Below are positions 1 to 12,900 of a stretch of 64,000 nt of DNA, piece by piece (within the stretch, counting starts at the first letter, position 1; every line of letters begins with the position of its first letter). Position numbers and translations under genes: made by a program. Source of the stretch: the human T2T-CHM13v2.0 reference genome, Homo sapiens; the NCBI RefSeq assembly GCF_009914755.1, contig NC_060926.1; one strand, given 5' to 3'. The notes below the pieces were generated by a model. The model searched no databases. It saw nothing but the letters and a program-made list of their open reading frames with translations, and was not told the origin of the DNA.

Positions 1-167
1 GGTGAAAAAGGAAATATCTTCTCCTGAAAACTAGACAGAAGCATTCTCAGAATCTTATTTGTGATGAGCGCCCTCAACTAACAGTGTTGAAGCTTTCTTT
101 TGATAGAGCAGTTTTGAAACACTCTTTTCGTAAAATCTGCAAGAGGATATTTTGATAGCTTTCAGGA

Positions 168-184
168 TTTCGTTGGAAACGGGA
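168..184 (+). promoter_or_regulatory. CENP-B box (first of roughly 190, one per dimer)
   Basis: TTTCGTTGGAAACGGGA fits the NTTCGNNNNANNCGGGN consensus. The count is estimated as 64000/340, not enumerated. Confidence 0.95.
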
Positions 185-3100
185 TTGTCTTCATATAAAA
201 TCTAGACAGAAGCATTCTGAGAAGCTTCATTGGGATGTTTCAATTGAAGTCACAGTGTTGAACAGTCCCTTTCATAGAGCAGGTTTGAAACACTCTTTTT
301 GTAGTATCTGGAAGTGGACATTTGGAGAGATCTCAGGAATACGGTGATAAAGGAAATATCTTCCAATAAAAGCTACATAGAAGCAATGTCAGAAACTTTT
401 TCATGATGTATCTACTCAGCTAACAGAGTTGAACCTTTCCTTTGAGAGAGCAGTTTTGAAACACTCTTTTTGTGGAATCTGCAAGTGGATATTTGTCTAG
501 CTTTGAGGATTTCGTTGGAAACGGGATTATCTTCATATAAACTCTAGACAGAAGCATTCTCAGAAGCTTCATTGGGATGTTTCAATTGAAGTCACAGTGT
601 TGAACAGTCCCTTTCATAGAGCAGGTTTGAAACACTCTTTTTGTAGTATCTGGATGTGGACATTTGGAGCGCTTTCAGGCCTATGGTTTAAAAGGAAATA
701 TCTTCCCCTGAAAACTAGACAGAAGCATTCTCAGAAACTTATTTGTGATGTGCGCCCTCAACTAACAGTGTTGAAGCATTCTTTTGATAGAGCAGTTTTG
801 AAACACTCGTTTTGTGGAATCTGCAAGTGGATATTTGTCTAGCTTTGAGGATTTCGTTGGAAACGGGATTACATATAAAAAGCAGACAGCAGCATTCCCA
901 GAAACTTCTTTGTGATGTTTGCATTCAAGTCACAGAGTTGAACATTCCCTTTCATAGAGCAGGTTTGAAACACTCTTTTTGTAGTATCTGGATGTGGACA
1001 TTTGCAGCGCTTTCAGGCCTAAGGTGAAAAAGGAAATATCTTCCCCTGAAAACTAGACAGAAGCATTCTCAGAAACTTATTTGTGATGTGCGCCCTCAAC
1101 TAACAGTGTTGAAGCTTTCTTTTGATAGAGCAGTTTTGAAACACTCTTTTTGTAATATCTGCAAGAGGATATTTGGATAGCTTTGAGGATTTCGTTGGAA
1201 ACGGGATTGTCTTCATATAAACTCTAGACAGAAGCATTCTCAGAAGCTTCATTGGGATGTTTCAATTGAAGTCACAGTGTTGAACAGTTCCTTTCATAGA
1301 ACAGGTTTGAAACACTCTTTTTGTAGTATCTGGAAGTGGACATTTGGAGCGCTCTCAGGACTATGGTGAAAAAGGAAATATCTTCCAATAAAAGCTACAT
1401 AGAAGCAATGTCAGAAACTTTTTCATGATGTATCTACTCAGCTAACAGAGTTGAACCTTTCTTTTGATAGAGCAGTTTTGAAACACTCTTTTTGTAATAT
1501 CTGCAAGAGGATATTTGGATAGCTTTGAGGATTTCGTTGGAAACGGGATTACATATAAAAAGCAGACAGCAGCATTCCCAGAATCTTGTTTGCGATGTTT
1601 GCATTCAAGTCACAGAGTTGAACATTCCCTTTCAGAGAGCAGGTTTGAAACACTCTTTTTATAGTATCTGGATGTGGACATTTGGAGCGCTTTCAGGCCT
1701 ATGGTGAAAAAGGAAATATCTTCTCCTGTAAACTAGACAGAAGCATTCTCAGAATCTTATTTGTGATAAGCGCCCTCAACTAACAGTGTTGAAGCTTTCT
1801 TTTGATAGAGCAGTTTTGAAACACTCTTTTCGTAAAATCTGCAAGAGGATATTTGGATAGCTTTGAGGATTTCGTTGGAAACGGGATTGTCTTCATATAA
1901 ACTCTAGACAGAAGCATTCTCAGAAGCTTCATTGGGATGTTTCAATTGAAGTCACAGTGTTGAACAGTCCCTTTCATAGAGCAGGTTTGAAACACTCTTT
2001 TTGTAGTATCTGGAAGTGGACATTTGGAGAGTTCTCAGGAATACGGTGATAAAGGAAATATCTTCCAATAAAAGCTAGATAGAAGCAATGTCAGAAACTT
2101 TTTCATGATGTATCTACTCAGCTAACAGAGTTGAACCTTTCTTTTGAGAGAGCAGTTTTGAAACACTCTTTTTGTGGAATCTGCAAGTGGATATTTGTCT
2201 AGCTTTGAGGATTTCGTTGGAAACGGGATTACATATAAAAAGCAGACAGCAGCATTCCCAGTAACTTCTTTGTGATGTTTGCATTCAAGTCACAGAGTTG
2301 AACATTCCCTTTCATAGAGCAGGTTTGAAACACTCTTTTTGTAGTATCTGGATGTGGACATTTGCAGCGCTTTCAGGCCTACGGTGAAAAAGGAAATATC
2401 TTCCCCTGAAAACTAGACAGAAGCATTCTCAGAAACTTATTTGCGATGGGCGCCCTCAACTAACAGTGTTGAAGCTTTCTTTTGATAGAGCAGTTTTGAA
2501 ACACTCTTTTCGTAAAATCTGCAAGAGGATATTTGGATAGCTTTGAGGATTTCGTTGGAAACGGGATTGTCTTCATATAAACTCTAGACAGAAGCATTCT
2601 CAGAAGCTTCATTGGGATGTTTCAATTGAAGTCACAGTGTTGAACAGTCCCTTTCATAGAGCAGGTTTGAAACACTCTTTTTGTAGTATCTGGAAGTGGA
2701 CATTTTGAGAGATCTCAGGAATACGGTGATAAAGGTAATATCTTCCAATAAAAGCTAGATAGAAGCAATGTCAGAAACTTTTTCATGATGTATCTACTCA
2801 GCTAACAGAGTTGAACCTTTCCTTTGAGAGAGCAGTTTTGAAACACTCTTTTTGTGGAATCTGCAAGTGGATATTTGTCTAGCTTTGAGGATTTCGTTGG
2901 AAACGGGATTACATATAAAAAGCAGACAGCAGCATTCCCAGTAACTTCTTTGTGATGTTTGCATTCAAGTCACAGAGTTGAATATTCCCTTTCATAGAGC
3001 AGGTTTGAAACACTCTTTTTGTAGTATCTGGATGTGGACATTTGGAGCGCTTTCAGGCCTATGGTGAAAAAGGAAATATCTTCCCCTGAAAACTAGACAG

Positions 3101-3401
3101 AAGCATTCTCAGAAACTTATTTGTGATGTGCGCCCTCAACTAACACTGTTGAACCTTTCTTTTGATAGAGCAGTTTTGAAACACTCTTTTTGTAATATCT
3201 GCAAGAGGATATTTGGATAGCTTTGAGGATTTCGTTGGAAACGGGATTACATATAAAAAGCAGACAGCAGGATTCCCAGAAACTTCTTTGTGATGTTTGC
3301 ATTCAAGTCACAGAGTTGAACATTCCCTTTCATAGAGCAGGTTTGAAACACTCTTTTTGTAGTATCTGGATGTGGACATTTGCAGCGCTTTCAGGCCTAA
3401 G

Positions 3402-5875
3402 GTGAAAAAGGAAATATCTTCCCCTGAAAACTAGACAGAAGCATTCTCAGAAACTTATTTGTGATGTGCGCCCTCAACTAACGGTGTTGAACCTTTCTTT
3501 TGATAGAGCAGTTTTGAAACACTCTTTTTGTAAAATCTGCAAGAGGATATTTGGATAGCTTTGAGGATTTCGTTGGAAACGGGATTGTCTTCATATAAAC
3601 TCTAGACAGAAGCATTCTCAGAAGCTTCATTGGGATGTTTCAATTGAAGTCACAGTGTTGAACAGTCCCTTTCATAGAGCAGGTTTGAAACACTCTTTTT
3701 GTAGTATCTGGATGTGGACATTTGGAGCGCTTTCAGGCCTATGGTTTAAAAGGAAATATCTTCCCCTGAAAACTAGACAGAAGCATTCTCAGAAACTTAT
3801 TTGTGATGTGCGCCCTCAACTAACAGTGTTGAAGCATTCTTTTGATAGAGCTGTTTTGAAACACTCTTTTTGTGGAATCTGCAAGTGGATATTTGTCTAG
3901 CTTTGAGGATTTCGTTGGAAACGGGATTAATTATAAAAAGCAGACAGCAGCATTCCCAGAATCTTGTTTGTGATGTTTGCATTCAAGTCACAGAGTTGAA
4001 CATTCCCTTTCAGAGAGCAGGTTTGAAACACTCTTTTTATAGTATCTGGATGTGGACATTTGGAGCGCTTTCAGGCCTATGATGAAAAAGGAAATATCTT
4101 CTCCTGAAAACTAGACAGAAGCATTCTCAGAATCTTATTTGTGATGTGCGCCCTCAACTAACAGTGTTGAAGCTTTCTTTTGATAGAGCAGTTTTGAAAC
4201 ACTCTTTTCGTAAAATCTGCAAGAGGATATTTGGATAGCTTTGAGGATTTCGTTGGAAACGGGATTGTCTTCATATAAACTCTAGACAGAAGCATTCTCA
4301 GAAGCTTCATTGGGATGTTTCAATTGAAGTCACAGTGTTGAACAGTCCCTTTCATAGAGCAGGTTTGAAACACTCTTTTTGTAGTATCTGGAAGTGGACA
4401 TTTGGAGAGATCTCAGGAATACGGTGATAAAGGTAATATCTTCCAATAAAAGCTAGATAGAAGCAATGTCAGAAACTTTTTCATGATGTATCTACTCAGC
4501 TAACAGAGTTGAACCTTTCTTTTGAGAGAGCAGTTTTGAAACACTCTTTTTGTGGAATCTGCAAGTGGATATTTGTCTAGCTTTGAGGATTTCGTTGGAA
4601 ACGGGATTACATATAAAAAGCAGACAGCAGCATTCCCAGTAACTTCTTTGTGATGTTTGCATTCAAGTCACAGAGTTGAACATTCCCTTTCATAGAGCAG
4701 GTTTGAAATACTTTTTTTGTAGTATCTGGATGTGGACATTTGGAGCGCTTTCAGGCCTATGGTGAAAAAGGAAATATCTTCCAATAAAAGCTACATAGAA
4801 GCAATGTCAGAAACTTTTTCATGATGTATCTACTCAGCTAACAGAGTTGAACCTTTCTTTTGAGAGAGCAGTTTTGAAACACTCTTTTTGTAAAATCTGC
4901 AAGAGGATATTTGGATAGCTTTGAGGATTTCGTTGGAAACGGGATTGTCTTCATATAAACTCTAGACAGAAGCATTCTCAGAAGCGTCATTGGGATGTTT
5001 CAATTGAAGTCACAGTGTTGAACAGTCCCTTTCATAGAGCAGGTTTGAAACACTCTTTTTGTAGTATCTGGATGTGGACATTTGGAGCGCTTTCAGGCCT
5101 ATGGTGAAAAAGGAAATATCTTCCCCTGAAAACTAGACAGAAGCATTCTCAGAAACTTATTTGTGATGTGCGCCTTCAACTAACAGTGTTGAAGCATTCT
5201 TTTGATAGAGCAGTTTTGAAACACTCTTTTTGTGGAATCTGCAAGTGGATATTTGTCTAGCTTTGAGGATTTCGTTGGAAACGGGATTACATATAAAAAG
5301 CAGACAGCAGCATTCCCAGAAACTTCTTTGTGATGTTTGCATTCAAGTCACAGAGTTGAACATTCCCTTTCAGAGAGCAGGTTTGAAACACTCTTTTTGT
5401 AGTATCTGGATGTGGACATTTGGAGCGCTTTCAGCCCTATGGTGAAAAAGGAAATATCTTCCCCTGAAAACTAGACAGAAGCATTCTCAGAATCTTATTT
5501 GTGATGTGCGCCCTCAACTAACAGTGTTGAAGCTTTCTTTTGATAGAGCAGTTTTGAAACACTCTTTTTGTAAAATCTGCAAGAGGATATTTGGATAGCT
5601 TTGAGGATTTCGTTGGAAACGGGATTGTCTTCCTATAAACTCTAGACAGAAGCATTCTCAGAAGCTTCATTGGGATGTTTCAATTGAAGTCACAGTGTTG
5701 AACAGTCCCTTTCATAGAGCAGGTTTGAAACACTCTTTTTGTAGTATCTGGAAGTGGACATTTGGAGCGCTCTCAGGACTGCGGTGAAAAAGGAACTATT
5801 TTCCAATAAAAGCTAGATAGAAGCAATGTCAGAAACTTTTTCATGATGTATCTACTCAGCTAACAGAGTTGAACC
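3402..5875 (+). repeat. Dispersed ~2.5-kb block, copied at ~30924-33397 (offset 27,522)
   Basis: ORFs at 3655/31177, 3870/31392 and 5230/32752; shared rare CTATGATGAAAA, AAGGTAATA and ATTAATTATA; same order of hybrid monomers. Confidence 0.82.
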
Positions 5876-6628
5876 TTCCTTTGAGAGAGCAGTTTTGAAA
5901 CACTCTTTTTGTGGAATCTGCAAGTGGATATTTGTCTAGCTTTGAGGATTTCGTTGGAAACGGGATTACATATAAAAAGCAGACAGCAGCATTCCCAGAA
6001 ACTTCTTTGTGATGTTTGCATTCAAGTCACATAGTTGAACATTCCCTTTCATAGAGCAGGTTTGAAACACTCTTTTTGTAGTATCTGGATGTGGACATTT
6101 GCAGCGCTTTCAGGCCTAAGGTGAAAAAGGAAATATCTTCCCCTGAAAACTAGACAGAAGCATTCTCAGAAACTTATTTGTGATGTGCGCCCTCAACTAA
6201 CAGTGTTGAAGCTTTCTTTTGATAGAGCAGTTTTGAAACACTCTTTTTGTAATATCTGCAAGAGGATATTTGGATAGCTTTGAGGATTTCGTTGGAAACG
6301 GGATTGTCTTCATATAAACTCTAGACAGAAGCATTCTCAGAAGCTTCATTGGGATGTTTCAATTGAAGTCACAGTGTTGAACAGTTCCTTTCATAGAACA
6401 GGTTTGAAACACTCTTTTTGTAGTATCTGGAAGTGGACATTTGGAGCGCTCTCAGGACTACGGTGAAAATGGAAATATCTTCCAATAAAAGCTACATAGA
6501 AGCAATGTCAGAAACTTTTTCATGATGTATCTACTCAGCTAACAGAGTTGAACCTTTCCTTTGAGAGAGCAGTTTTGAAACACTCTTTTTGTGGAATCTG
6601 CAAGTGGATATTTGTCTAGCTTTGAGGA

Positions 6629-6645
6629 TTTCGTTGGAAACGGGA
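6629..6645 (+). promoter_or_regulatory. CENP-B box in M3-type monomer (example)
   Basis: TTTCGTTGGAAACGGGA followed by the M3-specific TTACATATAAAAAGC. Confidence 0.95.
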
Positions 6646-6795
6646 TTACATATAAAAAGCAGACAGCAGCATTCCCAGAATCTTCTTTGTGATGTTTGCA
6701 TTCAAGTCACAGAGTTGAACATTCCCTTTCATAGAGCAGGTTTGAAACACTCTTTTTGTAGTATCTGGATGTGGACATTTGGAGCGCTTTCAGGC

Positions 6796-6812
6796 CTATG
6801 GTGAAAAAGGAA
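6796..6812 (+). promoter_or_regulatory. pJalpha box in A-type monomer (example)
   Basis: CTATGGTGAAAAAGGAA is the reverse complement of the TTCCTTTTYCACCRTAG pJalpha motif and sits at the position homologous to the CENP-B box. Confidence 0.8.
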
Positions 6813-6966
6813 ATATCTTCCCCTGAAAACTAGACAGAAGCATTCTCAGAATCTTATTTGTGATGTGCGCCCTCAACTAACAGTGTTGAAGCTTTCTTTT
6901 GATAGAGCAGTTTTGAAACTCTCTTTTTGTAAAATCTGCAAGAGGATATTTGGATAGCTTTGAGGA

Positions 6967-6983
6967 TTTCGTTGGAAACGGGA
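6967..6983 (+). promoter_or_regulatory. CENP-B box in M1-type monomer (example)
   Basis: TTTCGTTGGAAACGGGA followed by the M1-specific TTGTCTTCATATAAACTCTAGA. Confidence 0.95.
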
Positions 6984-9900
6984 TTGTCTTCATATAAACT
7001 CTAGACAGAAGCATTCTCAGAAGCTTCATTGGGATGTTTCAATTGAAGTCACAGTGTTGAACAGTCCCTTTCATAGAGCAGGTTTGAAACACTCTTTTTG
7101 TAGTATCTGGAAGTGGACATTTGGAACGCTCTCAGGACTGCGGTGAAAAAGGAAATATCTTCCAATAAAAGCTAGATAGAAGCAATGTCAGAAACTTTTT
7201 CATGATGTATCTACTCAGCTAACAGAGTTGAACCTTTCCTTTGAGAGAGCAGTTTTGAAACACTCGTTTTGTGGAATCTGCAAGTGGATATTTGTCTACC
7301 TTTGAGGATTTCGTTGGAAACGGGATTACATATAAAAAGCAGACAGCAGCATTCCCAGAAACTTCTTTGTGATGTTTGCATTCAAGTCACAGAGTTGAAC
7401 ATTCCCTTTCATAGAGCAGGTTTGAAACACTCTTTTTGTAGTATCTGGATGTGGACATTTGCAGCGCTTTCAGGCCTAAGGTGAAAAAGGAAATATCTTC
7501 CCCTGAAAACTAGACAGAAGCATTCTCAGAAACTTATTTGTGATGTGCGCCCTCAACTAACAGTGTTGAAGCTTTCTTTTGATAGAGCAGTTTTGAAACA
7601 CTCTTTTTGTAATATCTGCAAGAGGATATTTGGATAGCTTTGAGGATTTCGTTGGAAACGGGATTGTCTTCATATAAACTCTAGACAGAAGCATTCTCAG
7701 AAGCTTCATTGGGATGTTTCAATTGAAGTCACAGTGTTGAACAGTCCCTTTCATAGAGCAGGTTTGAAACACTCTTTTTGTAGTATCTGGAAGTGGACAT
7801 TTGGAACGCTCTCAGGACTGCGGTGAAAAAGGAAATATCTTCCAATAAAAGCTAGATAGAAGCAATGTCAGAAACTTTTTCATGATGTATCTACTCAGCT
7901 AACAGAGTTGAACCTTTCTTTTGATAGAGCAGTTTTGAAACACTCTTTTTGTGGAATCTGCAAGTGGATATTTGTCTAGCTTTGAGGATTTCGTTGGAAA
8001 CGGGATTACATATAAAAAGCAGACAGCAGCATTCCCAGTAACTTCTTTGTGATGTTTGCATTCAAGTCACAGAGTTGAACATTCCCTTTCATAGAGCAGG
8101 TTTGAAACACTTTTTTTGTAGTATCTGGATGTGGACATTTGGAGCGCTTTCAGGCCTATGGTGAAAAAGGAAATATCTTCCAATAAAAGCTACATAAAAG
8201 CAATGTCAGAAACTTTTTCATGATGTATCTACTCAGCTAACAGAGTTGAACCTTTCTTTTGAGAGAGCAGTTTTGAAACACTCTTTTTGTGGAATCTGGA
8301 AGTGGATATTTGTCTAGCTTTGAGGATTTCGTTGGAAACGGGATTACATATAAAAAGCAGACAGCAGCATTCCCAGTAACTTCTTTGTGATGTTTGCATT
8401 CAAGTCACAGAGTTGAACATTCCCTTTCATAGAGCAGGTTTGAAACACTCTTTTTGTAGTATCTGGATGTGGACATTTGGAGCGCTTTCAGGCCTATTGT
8501 GAAAAAGGAAATATCTTCCCCTGAAAACTAGACAGAAGAATTCTCAGAATCTTATTTGTGATGTGCGCCCTCAACTAACAGTGTTGAAGCTTTCTTTTGA
8601 TAGAGCAGTTTTGAAACACTCTTTTTGTAAAATCTGCAAGAGGATATTTGGATAGCTTTGAGGATTTCGTTGGAAACGGGATTGTCTTCATATAAACTCT
8701 ACACAGAAGCATTCTCAGAAGCGTCATTGGGATGTTTCAATTGAAGTCACAGTGTTGAACAGTCCCTTTCATAGAGCAGGTTTGAAACACTCTTTTTGTA
8801 GTATCTGGATGTGGACATTTGGAGCGCTTTCAGGCCTATGGTTTAAAAGGAAATATCTTCCCCTGAAAACTAGACAGAAGCATTCTCAGAAACTTATTTG
8901 TGATGTGCGCCTTCAACTAACAGTGTTGAAGCATTCTTTTGATAGAGCAGTTTTGAAACACTCTTTTTGTGGAATCTGCAAGTGGATATTTGTCTAGCTT
9001 TGAGGATTTCGTTGGAAACGGGATTACATATAAAAAGCAGACAGCAGCATTCCCAGAAACTTCTTTGTGATGTTTGCATTCAAGTCACAGAGTTGAACAT
9101 TCCCTTTCAGAGAGCAGGTTTGAAACACTCTTTTTGTAGTATCTGGATGTGGACATTTGGAGCGCTTTCAGGCCTATGGTGAAAAAGGAAATATCTTCCC
9201 CTGAAAACTAGACAGAAGCATTCTCAGAATCTTATTTGTGATGTGCGCCCTCAACTAACAGTGTTGAAGCTTTCTTTTGATAGAGCAGTTTTGAAACACT
9301 CTTTTTGTAAAATCTGCAAGAGGATATTTGGATAGCTTTGAGGATTTCGTTGGAAACGGGATTGTCTTCATATAAACTCTAGACAGAAGCATTCTCAGAA
9401 GCTTCATTGGGATGTTTCAATTGAAGTCACAGTGTTGAACAGTCCCTTTCATAGAGCAGGTTTGAAACACTCTTTTTGTAGTATCTGGAAGTGGACATTT
9501 GGAGCGCTCTCAGGACTGCGGTGAAAAAGGAAATATCTTCCAATAAAAGCTAGATAGAAGCAATGTCAGAAACTTTTTCATGATGTATCTACTCAGCTAA
9601 CAGAGTTGAACCTTCCTTTGAGAGAGCAGTTTTGAAACACTCTTTTTGTGGAATCTGCAAGTGGATATTTGTCTAGCTTTGAGGATTTCGTTGGAAACGG
9701 GATTGTCTTCATATAAACTCTAGACAGAAGCATTCTCAGAAGCTTCATTGGGATGTTTCATTTGAAGTCACAGTGTTGAACAGTTCCTTTCATAGAACAG
9801 GTTTGAAACACTCTTTTTGTAGTATCTGGAAGTGGACATTTGGAGCGCTCTCAGGACTATGGTGAAAAAGGAAATATCTTCCAATAAAAGCTACATAGAA

Positions 9901-12900
9901 GCAATGTCAGAAACTTTTTCATGATGTATCTACTCAGCTAACAGAGTTGAACCTTTCCTTTGAGAGAGCAGTTTTGAAACACTCTTTTTGTGGAATCTGC
10001 AGGTGGATATTTGTCTAGCTTTGAGGATTTCGTTGGAAACGGGATTACATATAAAAAGCAGACAGCAGCATTCCCAGTAACTTCTTTGTGATGTTTGCAT
10101 TCAAGTCACAGAGTTGAACATTGCCTTTCATAGAGCAGGTTTCAAACACTCTTTTTGTAGTATCTGGATGTGGACATTTGGAGCGCTTTCAGGCCTATGG
10201 TGAAAAAGGAAATATCTTCCCCTGAAAACTAGACAGAAGCATTCTCAGAATCTTATTTGTGATGTGCGCCCTCAACTAACAGTGTTGAAGCTTTCTTTTG
10301 ATAGAGCAGTTTTGAAACACTCTTTTTGTAAAATCTGCAAGAGGATATTTGGATAGCTTTGAGGATTTCGTTGGAAACGGGATTGTCTTCATATAAACTC
10401 TAGACAGAAGCATTCTCAGAAGCTTCATTGGGATGTTTCAATTGAAGTCACAGTGTTGAACAGTCCCTTTCATAGAGCAGGTTTCAAACACTCTTTTTGT
10501 AGTATCTGGATGTGGACATTTGGAGCGCTTTCAGGCCTATGGTTTAAAAGGAAATATCTTCCCCTGAAAACTAGACAGAAGCATTCTCAGAAACTTATTT
10601 GTGATGTGCGCCCTCAACTAACAGTGTTGAAGCATTCTTTTGATAGAGCAGTTTTGAAACACTCTTTTTGTGGAATCTGCAAGTGGATATTTGTCTAGCT
10701 TTGAGGATTTCGTTGGAAACGGGATTACATATAAAAAGCAGACAGCAGCATTCCCAGAAACTTCTTTGTGATGTTTGCATTCAAGTCACAGAGTTGAACA
10801 TTCCCTTTCATAGAGCAGGTTTGAAACACTCTTTTTGTAGTATCTGGTTGTGGACATTTGGAGCGCTTTCAGGCCTATGGTGAAAAAGGAAATATCTTCC
10901 CCTGAAAACTAGACAGAAGCATTCTCAGAAACTTATTTGTGATGTGCGCCCTCAACTAACAGTGTTGAAGCTTTCTTTTGATAGAGCAGTTTTGAAACAC
11001 TCTTTTTGTAATATCTGCAAGAGGATATTTGGATAGCTTTGAGGATTTCGTTGGAAACGGGATTGTCTTCATATAAACTCTAGACAGAAGCATTCTCAGA
11101 AGCTTCATTGGGATGTTTCAATTGAAGTCACAGTGTTGAACAGTCCCTTTCATAGAGCAGGTTTGAAACACTCTTTTTGTAGTATCTGGAAGTGGACATT
11201 TGGAGAGATCTCAGGAAAACGGTGATAAAGGAAATATCTTCCAATAAAAGCTACATAGAAGCAATGTCAGAAACTTTTTTATGATGTATCTACTCAGCTA
11301 ACAGAGTTGAACCTTTCCTTTGAGAGAGCAGTTTTGAAACACTCTTTTTGTGGAATCTGCAAGTGTATATTTGTCTAGATTTGAGGATTTCGTTGGAAAC
11401 GGGATTACATATAAAAAGCAGACAGCAGCATTCCCAGTAACTTCTTTGTGAGGTTTGCATTCAAGTCACAGAGTTGAACATTCCCTTTCATAGAGCAGGT
11501 TTGAAACACTCTTTTTGTAGTATCTGGATGTGGACATTTGGAGCGCTTTCAGGCCTATGGTGAAAAAGGAAATATCTTCCAATAAAAGCTACATAGAAGC
11601 AATGTCAGAAACTTTTTCATGATGTATCTACTCAGCTAACAGAGTTGAACCTTTCTTTTGAGAGAGCAGTTTTGAAACACTCTTTTTGTGGAATCTGGAA
11701 GTGGATATTTGTCTAGCTTTGAGGATTTCGTTGGAAACGGGATTACATATAAAAAGCAGACAGCAGCATTCCCAGTAACTTCTTTGTGATGTTTGCATTC
11801 AAGTCACAGAGTTGAACATTCCCTTTCATAGAGCAGGTTTGAAACACTCTTTTTGTAGTATCTGGATGTGGACATTTGGAGCGCTTTCAGGCCTATGGTG
11901 AAAAAGGAAATATCTTCCCCTGAAAACTAGACAGAAGAATTCTCAGAGTCTTATTTGTGATGTGCGCCCTCAACTAACAGTGTTGAAGCTTTCTTTTGAT
12001 AGAGCAGTTTTTAAACACTCTTTTTGTAAAATCTGCAAGAGGATATTTGGATAGCTTTGAGGATTTCGTTGGAAACGGGATTGTCTTCATATAAACTCTA
12101 GACAGAAGCATTCTCAGAAGCGTCATTGGGATGTTTCAATTGAAGTCACAGTGTTGAACAGTCCCTTTCATAGAGCAGGTTTGAAACACTCTTTTTGTAG
12201 TATCTGGATGTGGACATTTGGAGCGCTTTCAGGCCTATGGTTTAAAAGGAAATATCTTCCCCTGAAAACTAGACAGAAGCATTCTCAGAAACTTATTTGT
12301 GATGTGCGCCCTCAACTAACAGTGTTGAAGCATTCTTTTGATAGAGCAGTTTTGAAACACTCTTTTTGTGGAATCTGCAAGTGGATATTTGTCTAGCTTT
12401 GAGGATTTCGTTGGAAACGGGATTACATATAAAAAGCAGACAGCAACATTCCCAGTAACTTCTTTGTGATGTTTGCATTCAAGTCACAGAGTTGAACATT
12501 CCCTTTCATAGAGCAGGTTTGAAACACTCTTTTTGAAGTATCTGGTTGTGGACATTTGGAGCGCTTTCAGGCCTATGGTGAAAAAGGAAATATCTTCCCC
12601 TGAAAACTAGACAGAAGCATTCTCAGAAACTTATTTGTGATGTGCGCCCTCAACTAACAGTGTTGAACCTTTCTTTTGATAGAGCAGTTTTGAAACACTC
12701 TTTTTGTAATATCTGCAAGAGGATAATTTGATAGATTTGAGGATTTCGTTGGAAACGGGATTGTCTTCATATAAACTCTAGACAGAAGCATTCTCAGAAG
12801 CTTCATTGGGATGTTTCAATTGAAGTCACAGTGTTGAACAGTCCCTTTCATAGAGCAGGTTTGAAACACTCTTTTTGTAGTATCTGGAGATGGACATTTG

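Larger units (their letters stand above)
6320..6999 (+). repeat. Representative canonical 680-bp HOR unit (XbaI to XbaI), made of monomers M2(A)-M3(B)-M4(A)-M1(B) (my labels)
   Basis: M2 begins CAGAAGCATTCTCAGAAGCTTCATTGGG; M3 begins TAGAAGCAATGTCAG; M4 begins CAGCAGCATTCCCAG; M1 contains TTATTTGTGATGTGCGCCCTC. CENP-B boxes at 6287, 6629 and 6967 give alternating 342/338-bp spacing. Confidence 0.92.
6175..9950 (+). repeat. Dispersed ~3.7-kb block, copied at ~23843-27618 (offset 17,668) and largely at ~44400-47600 (offset 38,047)
   Basis: ORFs at 6589/24257/44636, 7269/24937/45316 and 8752/26420/46799; EcoRI at 8538/26206/46585; shared CCTATTGTG and TCTACACAG. Confidence 0.8.

Noticed and set aside
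364-370. AATAAA and TATAAA motifs as polyadenylation or TATA signals
   Set aside because: They are fixed parts of the monomer consensus, repeated throughout; the sequence gives no evidence of function.
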